In this document: one piece after another, positions 58,486-64,000 of the stretch | Numbering within the stretch: the stretch's first letter is position 1 | Layout: the number at the start of each line of letters is the position of its first letter | From: a virus | IMG/VR virus record: IMGVR_UViG_3300045936_000225 | Coordinates: 2,258 to 66,257 of that record | Reading direction: 5' to 3' (one strand) | DNA length: 64,000 nt | Position numbers and translations under genes: made by a program | Notes under the pieces: model-generated | Told to the model about the DNA's origin: nothing | The model's database searches: none | What the model saw: the letters and a program-made list of their open reading frames with translations, nothing else

Positions 58486-58788
58486 CTACTTAGCCCTCTT
58501 CTGCAGGGCCTTCTGCTTGGCGCGCCGGATCGACTGAGCGTTCGGCTCCTTCTTCCGGTCAATCTTGGCAGACTGGTCGGGCACGGCCTTGATCTCGCTG
58601 ATCAATGCCATGCGGCTGTCGTACTTCTTCAGCCTGTCACGACGCCCCATGATCGCCCGGATGCCACGGCGCTTCCACATATTCATGGAAGCGGCGCAGT
58701 TGATGCAGAAGCCGGTCTTCTCAGCCCGCTTCTCCTTCAACTCCCCATCACACTTTGGCATTTCGCATGCCACCATCTTATCAGCCAT
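58486..58788 (-). CDS. basic zinc-ribbon protein
   Basis: CxxC ... CxxC. GGAGAG Shine-Dalgarno upstream of the ATG at 58788. Confidence 0.4.
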   Translation of the reverse strand: MADKMVACEMPKCDGELKEKRAEKTGFCINCAASMNMWKRRGIRAIMGRRDRLKKYDSRMALISEIKAVPDQSAKIDRKKEPNAQSIRRAKQKALQKRAK

Positions 58789-58789
58789 C

Positions 58790-59509
58790 TCACTCTCCAT
58801 TTGCCGCGACATTGCGGCTGCTCAAAGCAAATGAATACTTGTCATACAGGCGCGGCGAGCGCGGACGGCGATCAAGCCATGCGCGCGTGCTAGCCAACGC
58901 TTCACGAATGCGAGCCTGCTCCTTCTTCGCGAGGAGCATAGCGCGGATCTTGCCAGCGATCGTCCAGTCCATACCATTCAGTGACGAGTCACTGGCAATC
59001 ATATGGCGCAGACACGCGGCGATGGACGGGAAGCGCATGAGGCTCGACCCGTCAGTATGGTCTATCACGAGATCAATGCTATGAATACCAGCATCGCTGC
59101 TCGATGATCGACGCTCCAAACCTTCGTCGGGAATCGTATTCGGATCCCACTCAACGATGGGCTTGACCTTGCGGTTCACCCACTTGCCGCCGGTCCAGAC
59201 TTCGACATTGCGCATCTTGCTGAACCGACGCACCTTCTTGCCGTCCGGCTTGACAACGATCTCGCCCTGACCTTCACCCTTGCGAATGGTACTGGGCGCA
59301 CCGCCCGAGTAACGCAGCCCGCTCGCATAACGCAGCAGGCCGTCATTACCCAGGAGATTGAGGCAGCGGTCTTCAAGGAAGGCGCGCTGCTCAGCCGTAC
59401 ACGGTGACGGCACGACGATCTCCATACCGCCATGCCGATTGAACCACGCGGCCAGCACCGATGTCGGCACTGACGCGATCGTGGCCCGAGAAAGAACTAC
59501 TGAACTCAT
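58790..59509 (-). CDS. hypothetical protein
   Basis: ORF only. Confidence 0.5.
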   Translation of the reverse strand: MSSVVLSRATIASVPTSVLAAWFNRHGGMEIVVPSPCTAEQRAFLEDRCLNLLGNDGLLRYASGLRYSGGAPSTIRKGEGQGEIVVKPDGKKVRRFSKMRNVEVWTGGKWVNRKVKPIVEWDPNTIPDEGLERRSSSSDAGIHSIDLVIDHTDGSSLMRFPSIAACLRHMIASDSSLNGMDWTIAGKIRAMLLAKKEQARIREALASTRAWLDRRPRSPRLYDKYSFALSSRNVAANGE

Positions 59510-59658
59510 CGGCGCAGTGAGTCAGCGTGACGCTTCAGCCAGTTGCGCTCGTCGCTGTAGTTCACGACTTTCGGCGCTGGCCAGCCCTTGTTCGTAAAGA
59601 CCCTGCGGAAGAACCGCTTGATCTTGCCGCGCAAGGTGTACGTTGCCATTGCGGTCAT
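59506..59658 (-). CDS. small first gene of the leftward early operon (50 aa); not in ORF track
   Basis: GGAGGG Shine-Dalgarno 8 nt upstream of the ATG. Stop overlaps the next start (ATGA). Confidence 0.35.
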   Translation of the reverse strand: MTAMATYTLRGKIKRFFRRVFTNKGWPAPKVVNYSDERNWLKRHADSLRR

Positions 59659-59857
59659 TGCGTTAACCCTCCAAGGTGCAGAATAAATCTCAACGGCGTA
59701 GTATAGCTCGGCAAGGGCGCAAACGTAAAGGGCCTGCTTGGACGCCAGTAGGATATATTAGAGACGCTTGCACGAGCGTTAGGCGGCTACCGCCCACCCG
59801 CTACGCGTGCAAAGCATTCGCATCTTGGCGCCCGCCGGCCCGTGGGCGTAATAAGGA

Positions 59858-59900
59858 ACGCGCGCCCGCGCGTACTACTCTAATTTAGCGCTGCCGTAAA
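59858..59900 (-). promoter_or_regulatory. leftward copy of GCTTTACGGCA with weak -10 (TAGTAC) overlapping a GC palindrome ACGCGCG-cc-CGCGCGT
   Basis: Lies in the divergent 59.66-60.12 kb control region. Confidence 0.35.
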
Positions 59901-60032
59901 GCGTTTGTTGGACCGGCATATCGCCATCAACGACGACGGCAACACGGCGATCGATGCAATGCGCTGCTATAGGGTCGCTCCATGCTCGTGCGGCGTCGTA
60001 CGCTGCTGTGCGGCAAGGTGCTACAACCACCT

Positions 60033-60088
60033 TTACTTTTGGCGCGCGTGGCGTATACTAGGACGCAGGGTAGCACTCTTGCTACCCC
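60033..60088 (+). promoter_or_regulatory. rightward promoter (CTTTAC - 16 nt - TATACT) followed by inverted repeat GGGTAGC-actctt-GCTACCC
   Basis: Located 35 nt upstream of the AAGGAA Shine-Dalgarno and ATG 60124. Confidence 0.45.
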
Positions 60089-60123
60089 GAATAGAGTTAC
60101 TCACCTCAGCAAGGAATAACAAC

Positions 60124-60339
60124 ATGAGTGAAGCTTCTGTTACGACCAGGATTGATGCGCGCGATAACCTCAGGACGCCAGCCGAGCTGTCGCTCCCGAT
60201 GAATCGCGAACAATCCATCCGGGAGGCCAAGCGCCTCCTCTTCATCGGCCGCATGGACTGGGCCGAGAGCTTCTGCGCGAAGAACGGCCTGGCGCTCGGC
60301 CAGGACGAGTCCGGCAACACCATCGTCATTGAGGAGTGA
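60124..60339 (+). CDS. small early protein
   Basis: AAGGAA Shine-Dalgarno 7 nt upstream. Confidence 0.45.
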   Translation: MSEASVTTRIDARDNLRTPAELSLPMNREQSIREAKRLLFIGRMDWAESFCAKNGLALGQDESGNTIVIEE

Positions 60340-60347
60340 CAGCCACC

Positions 60348-61205
60348 ATGAATCAGCTCGCAATCAACAACTTGACTCCGCTGATGGCATCGCACATCGC
60401 CACTCAGCCCGGCCTCGGTCTCAAGCCGATCAGCCGCGAGTACATCCGCAAGCATCTGCCCGCCATCTACGGCAGGCAGGCGGCCGGGATGTCCCAGGTC
60501 TACACCTACATCAAGACCGGCGCGCTCATCGACGCTCTCGCCGACGAAGGCTGGATCGTCACCTCGGCCTTCCAGCCCAAGCCGCAGAAGCGCGATCCCG
60601 CCACCGTCCAGCACGTTGTCAAGCTCCACCAGAGCAAGGACATTGACCGGCTGCTGTCGGGCGACTGGGCGGAATGCCCGGTGATGATCCTCCACAACTC
60701 TGGCAATGGGCGCAGCAAGCTCCGCGCCTCCTTCGGTGTCTACCGCTGGGCCTGCAGCAACGGCATCGTCGTCGGCAAGACGCTCCGGGCCATCGCCATG
60801 ATCCATCAGGGCTTGTCCAGGGCCGGTGTGGCGGCCCTGATCCAAGAATTCGCGACTGGCAGTGCCGAGGTGAGCGCAATGATGGACCGTATGCGCTCTA
60901 TTGTTCTGAACGAACAACAGAGGACAGCCCTGGCTCGTGAAGCCGTCGCGCTGCGTACTGGGCGCACTCTCGAGGAGGCCGAGCGTGACTTCGATCTCGC
61001 AGGCGTCCTGACCCCTGTCCGCGTTGCTGACTCGGGCCATGACCTCTGGACCACGTTCAACGTCCTCCAGGAGCGCGTGATGCACGGTGCCCTGCCCTTG
61101 CGCACCGGAGGCCGCGGACGCGCTGTTGCTCCCGTGCGCGACACGCTCGGCGGCCACGCCATGAACGAGCAGCTCTGGGGCCTGGCAGAAAGGATGGCAG
61201 CATGA
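60348..61205 (+). CDS. DUF932-like phage/plasmid protein (tentative)
   Basis: GAGGAG Shine-Dalgarno. Motif ILHNSGNGRSKLRASFGVYRWACSNG. Confidence 0.4.
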   Translation: MNQLAINNLTPLMASHIATQPGLGLKPISREYIRKHLPAIYGRQAAGMSQVYTYIKTGALIDALADEGWIVTSAFQPKPQKRDPATVQHVVKLHQSKDIDRLLSGDWAECPVMILHNSGNGRSKLRASFGVYRWACSNGIVVGKTLRAIAMIHQGLSRAGVAALIQEFATGSAEVSAMMDRMRSIVLNEQQRTALAREAVALRTGRTLEEAERDFDLAGVLTPVRVADSGHDLWTTFNVLQERVMHGALPLRTGGRGRAVAPVRDTLGGHAMNEQLWGLAERMAA

Positions 61206-61718
61206 GCAACCTGATCCACTTCCCGAACGGCAACCCCGTTCGGATGAAGAACTGGGAGCTCTTCGACGCCGTCGCGCGTCACCTGCTCACGCAGAACGCG
61301 CAGAGCTGCTCCATCGGGCCGAACGGCGGATGCGCCTATCGCGGCGACCAAGGGCGCAAGTGTGCTGTCGGCTTCATGATCCCCGACGAGCTCATGACTC
61401 CCGACATTGAGGGCGCCAGCATCGAGGGGCCTCGTGACACGAGCGTTGGTAGACAAGGGCATCATAGAGCGCAGAGATACAGAATCAGGATCCGTCGCTG
61501 AATGCTCGCTGTCCGCCGCCCAAGTCGACTTCTTCGCCGGCCTCGTCCTCAAGATGCCGATTCTGCGAACGCTTCAGAATATTCACGACAACGAGCCGGT
61601 TGACATCTGGCCGCAGCAGATCGTGGCGGCGGCGGAGCGGCATGATTTCCGCATCGGCCGCGAGCTCAATCGTCTCATCGCCGAGCGCAAGGGTGAAGTC
61701 ATTCAGGAGGATGAGTGA
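61202..61718 (+). pseudogene. frameshifted paralogue of 57125..57583 (two ORFs, 61202-61501 and 61407-61718, in different frames)
   Basis: The N-terminal half matches in one frame and the C-terminal half in the +1 frame. The shift maps to a GGGG run at ~61425-61428. Confidence 0.5.
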
Positions 61719-62017
61719 TGACAGCAGAATCGCTGCCTGACGTCACGGTGACATTGACTGTCCCGTGCAAGAACATTCGGCATGAGCTGGCCAAGATCTT
61801 CGTTGAGCGAATCAGTCATCAGGTGCTGTCTGTCAAGCAGCGCAACGCACTGGCTCTCGAGTTCGTTCTCGGAGCCGCATGCGCTGCTGCATTGATCTCC
61901 GGTAAGATGTCGCCGGAGTACCAAGCGCTCTCCATCCTTTCCGTATTCGTGGCGATGAACGGATATGAAGAGCTCGTCAAGACTGCCAACGACGTGCGGA
62001 GGGTGCACAATGGCTGA
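61718..62017 (+). CDS. hypothetical protein with hydrophobic segment
   Basis: AGGAGG Shine-Dalgarno. TGATG coupling. Confidence 0.4.
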   Translation: MTAESLPDVTVTLTVPCKNIRHELAKIFVERISHQVLSVKQRNALALEFVLGAACAAALISGKMSPEYQALSILSVFVAMNGYEELVKTANDVRRVHNG

Positions 62018-62312
62018 CTATGTCATCGGTGACAAGATCGTCTGGGGCGACGTTGATGGCCGCAACACTACGCTTCGCGAAGGCGTGGTGACCAAGGTGG
62101 CCGCAAATGGCGATTACGTGTGGGTTGATCGCGAGCACAAGCCTGAGGACTGCATCTACACGAGCTTCTGCTGGCCTGCTGAGTATAAGGAAGAGCTCCT
62201 GCTGGTGATGAAGGAGCGCGCCAGCTTGCGCAAGGCGTTTGATGACTCGATGAAGCTGGTGTACCAGCTGCGCAACAGGGTCCGGAATGAGCGGGATGGC
62301 AGCAAGGTATGA
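62010..62312 (+). CDS. hypothetical protein
   Basis: GGAGGG Shine-Dalgarno. ATGGCTGA overlap. Confidence 0.4.
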   Translation: MADYVIGDKIVWGDVDGRNTTLREGVVTKVAANGDYVWVDREHKPEDCIYTSFCWPAEYKEELLLVMKERASLRKAFDDSMKLVYQLRNRVRNERDGSKV

Positions 62313-62671
62313 GCGCATGGTGGCGAGCTCTGCTCAGGCTTCAGGAGGCGATCGGTAGATCTGACTTGAGGCGCGAAAGGATTAGGCTGATGAAGCCTAA
62401 TCCTGCCGCAGCTCTAGAAGCGCTGGCAGTGTATGATGAGCGCAGGTACAAGCTGATGTCGCTTCTGACGTTGCTGAGACCGCCACCAGCGCTGAGCCGC
62501 AAAGATGTGAAGACAGCGTCGCAACTGAAGCGTGTGCGTGAGCTTGACGATGAAGCTATGCGCAAGTTTCAGCGTGAAGTGAGGACGAACGCTATTGACG
62601 CCAAAATCCTCGTTGCACGCAAGTTGATGGATGAGGCATGGGCTGCATACCTGAGCGCACGCGATGGATGA
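62309..62671 (+). CDS. hypothetical protein
   Basis: ATGA overlap. Confidence 0.45.
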   Translation: MSAWWRALLRLQEAIGRSDLRRERIRLMKPNPAAALEALAVYDERRYKLMSLLTLLRPPPALSRKDVKTASQLKRVRELDDEAMRKFQREVRTNAIDAKILVARKLMDEAWAAYLSARDG

Positions 62672-62710
62672 TTGATCGTATCTGGTCGAGCGATGCTCAA
62701 TGATGTGTCG

Positions 62711-62737
62711 AGGCCGCGCCAGCGATGGTTGCGGCCT
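62711..62737 (+). terminator. hairpin after the last rightward gene (aggccgc ... gcggcct)
   Basis: 7-bp stem with a 13-nt loop. Weak U-tract. Confidence 0.3.
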
Positions 62738-62754
62738 TGTCATTGGTAGCTTCC

Positions 62755-63087
62755 TAACCCCGTAGCATTGAGTTCCGGGCGCACGTAACCCTGTCAGCTA
62801 TTCTGTTGCACTGGCCGCAAAACCCTGTGGTACGAGGTTACTCCTGACTTCTAGTAGTTACACGTAAGTCCTTGATTTACTTAGCTTTTATAGTCTTCCT
62901 AACCCTGTTAACCCTGTTAAGGATAGATTCTAAAACCTTTTCGGAGTGAAAAAAAAGGGTGGCGGTAAGGCCCCCTACGGGGTTAGGGTTACGGTATTAT
63001 GACGAGGTTATGAAACGCTGATTTAGAATGATTTGTAACCCTGTAGTAACCCTGTCAGCCTGCGGCTGGGCCTCAGTCTAACCCTGT
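62755..63087. repeat. iteron array: about 10 copies of TAACCCTGT, direct and inverted, with an A8 tract and AT-rich spacers
   Basis: Perfect copies at 62786, 62900, 62909, 63036, 63047, 63079. Variant copies at 62755 and 62820. Inverted copies at 62965-62990. Confidence 0.8.
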
Positions 63088-63173
63088 CACGTTTTACGAC
63101 GCGCATCAGCATTCGCGCGGCTCTCACAGCGCGCGTAAACCCGCCCCACGGTAGGCCCATAGAATGCGCCTAC

Positions 63174-63257
63174 AACGCCTAGCATCGGTTATAGGCGGAC
63201 TTGCGTCGCCCTAGGGCTAACGCCTAGGGGTAGGCGTTGCTCGGCTAATAGGCGTTG
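63174..63257. repeat. second repeat family TAGGCGTTG (x3, one inverted) with a CCCTAGGG palindrome
   Basis: Copies at 63174-63182 (inverted), 63231-63239 and 63249-63257. Confidence 0.6.
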
Positions 63258-63277
63258 TACGACGCGCCACGACAGCG

Positions 63278-63571
63278 TCAGTCAAAGCGAGGACGCATGT
63301 AGTCGCGTCCGTGAATCGCTAGTTGACCTTGAACATAATCTCGACGATCGTCGACCGTTAAGATGAGCTTGCCTCTCAATATGCCTAGATTGCATCTGCG
63401 ACATGCAGGAAATGTGATCGTAGATCGAGGTGCCCAATTCTTTGGAGGTACGTGATCTTTGGTCGTGGCAGGCTCATCGCAATAGCTGCATCGGGCGCAG
63501 TGCTTGGCTCGAAGGGATCGGATTGTCATGTTCATAGCGTCTATTATCGCTCTTATGGCAGCTGACGTCAA
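63278..63571 (-). CDS. HNH endonuclease
   Basis: HCARCSYCDEPATTKDHVPPK ... CRRCN (Cys4 + His HNH motif). Confidence 0.6.
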   Translation of the reverse strand: MTSAAIRAIIDAMNMTIRSLRAKHCARCSYCDEPATTKDHVPPKNWAPRSTITFPACRRCNLGILRGKLILTVDDRRDYVQGQLAIHGRDYMRPRFD

Positions 63572-63753
63572 GCCTGCCGCGCGCTGCCATGTTAAAGCAC
63601 CTTTGCTTCCGCATCATGTTAAATGGCAACCGAGCGCAGTTCTGCTGGCGTCGGTCGTATCTCGTTGATGTGACACTCGAAGCACACGCCCAGGATCGGA
63701 TTATCGCTTCTTGCACTAGGCAGCGCAGCGCTCAACCCTTCGTCGTTAGAGGA

Positions 63754-63777
63754 GGGGAGCGGCTCTCACCGCTCCCC
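63754..63777. terminator. perfect 9-bp GC hairpin GGGGAGCGG-ctctca-CCGCTCCCC
   Basis: Immediately downstream of the partial - strand ORF at the window end. Confidence 0.45.
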
Positions 63778-63784
63778 TATCCGA

Positions 63785-64000
63785 TCAGACCCGAGCCTCG
63801 GCACGCCACGGCTTGCCGTCGATGTTGGCCGGACCCTTCTTCAGCAGGGAGAGGACCTTGCCCGCCATCTTCTGGGCCTCCGTCTTCTCCATCCCGCTGG
63901 CCTTCAGCGCCTCGGTTGCCGTATCGTAACGCTCGTCGCCGATGTACACGTAGTACCGCGTGACGTTTCGCGTTCCGACCTTCAGCTCCGCGAGGGTGAG
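63785..64000 (-). CDS. partial ORF, 3' end only; the gene continues beyond the window
   Basis: Open frame to the window edge, ending ... GKPWRAEARV*. Confidence 0.35.
   Translation of the reverse strand, partial: LTLAELKVGTRNVTRYYVYIGDERYDTATEALKASGMEKTEAQKMAGKVLSLLKKGPANIDGKPWRAEARV

Noticed and set aside
62965-62990. Telomere-like GGTTAGGGTTA
   Set aside because: This is simply the inverted complement of the TAACCCT iteron and was judged coincidental.
62755-63087. Possible CRISPR array
   Set aside because: The repeat unit is only 9 bp with irregular 0-35-bp spacing and mixed orientation. There are no uniform spacers and no cas genes. It is iteron-like.
1-64000. Integrase, excisionase, repressor or attachment site
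   Set aside because: No tyrosine or serine recombinase motif and no CI-like repressor were recognised in this window. The phage may be lytic, or the lysogeny genes lie outside the window. Whether it is temperate was not decided.
1-64000. tRNA, rRNA or other structured RNA genes
   Set aside because: No cloverleaf-compatible region or long conserved non-coding stretch was seen. Intergenic gaps are short, apart from the repeat region.

Overview
This window reads as a nearly complete tailed dsDNA phage or prophage genome of about 64 kb, roughly 55-60% GC by eye, with a podovirus-like gene set. Structural/late genes run on the + strand from <1 to ~31.3 kb, early/replication genes on the - strand from ~59.7 down to 31.3 kb, a short rightward + operon covers 60.1-62.7 kb, and a non-coding repeat region with an HNH gene sits at 62.7-63.8 kb.

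- **Late/structural block, + strand, <1-31.3 kb.**
  - Head module: large terminase, an 885-aa portal, a GroES-like co-chaperonin, an acidic scaffold, a lambda-gpD-like decoration protein and a major capsid protein.
  - Tail and fibres: two long tail-fibre proteins that share a C-terminal domain.
  - Internal virion proteins: four large internal/ejection-type proteins.
  - No tail tube, sheath or tape-measure gene was found.
- **Early/replication block, - strand, 59.7 to 31.3 kb.** The first ~8 kb downstream of the control region are small hypothetical proteins. The recognisable replication and nucleotide-metabolism genes follow:
  - a calcineurin-like metallophosphatase;
  - a prim-pol primase with a zinc ribbon;
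  - flavin-dependent thymidylate synthase (thyX) adjoining an FAD oxidoreductase;
  - SSB;
  - a NodU/CmcH-type carbamoyltransferase;
  - a Pol III-core-like pair, a DnaE-type alpha polymerase with a separate DnaQ-type exonuclease;
  - a VRR-NUC nuclease and an SNF2 helicase;
  - three MazG-like paralogues;
  - an ATP-dependent DNA ligase;
  - an SPFH/band-7 protein with a coupled small membrane protein.
- **Rightward early operon, 60.1-62.7 kb,** followed at 62.7-63.8 kb by a non-coding region carrying about ten copies of a TAACCCTGT iteron plus a second repeat family, next to an HNH endonuclease gene.

Four things look most worth following up. First, the carbamoyltransferase/HAD-like/thyX/FAD-oxidoreductase cluster may be a nucleotide or DNA modification module. 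Second, a cassette between the two fibre genes has no recognisable lysozyme; it contains a YkuD-like protein, a small lipoprotein, a BTLCP cysteine peptidase, a 2-TM protein and a TM-plus-coiled-coil protein, and is a candidate non-canonical lysis module. Third, a conserved GCTTTACGGCA-N14-TATAxT promoter motif recurs six times. Fourth, a paralogous gene pair has one copy broken by a frameshift at a G4 run.

Functional calls rest on motifs I could read directly; no database search was possible. Displayed coordinates may differ by ±1 from the ORF track in a few places, e.g. around 62.28-62.62 kb.
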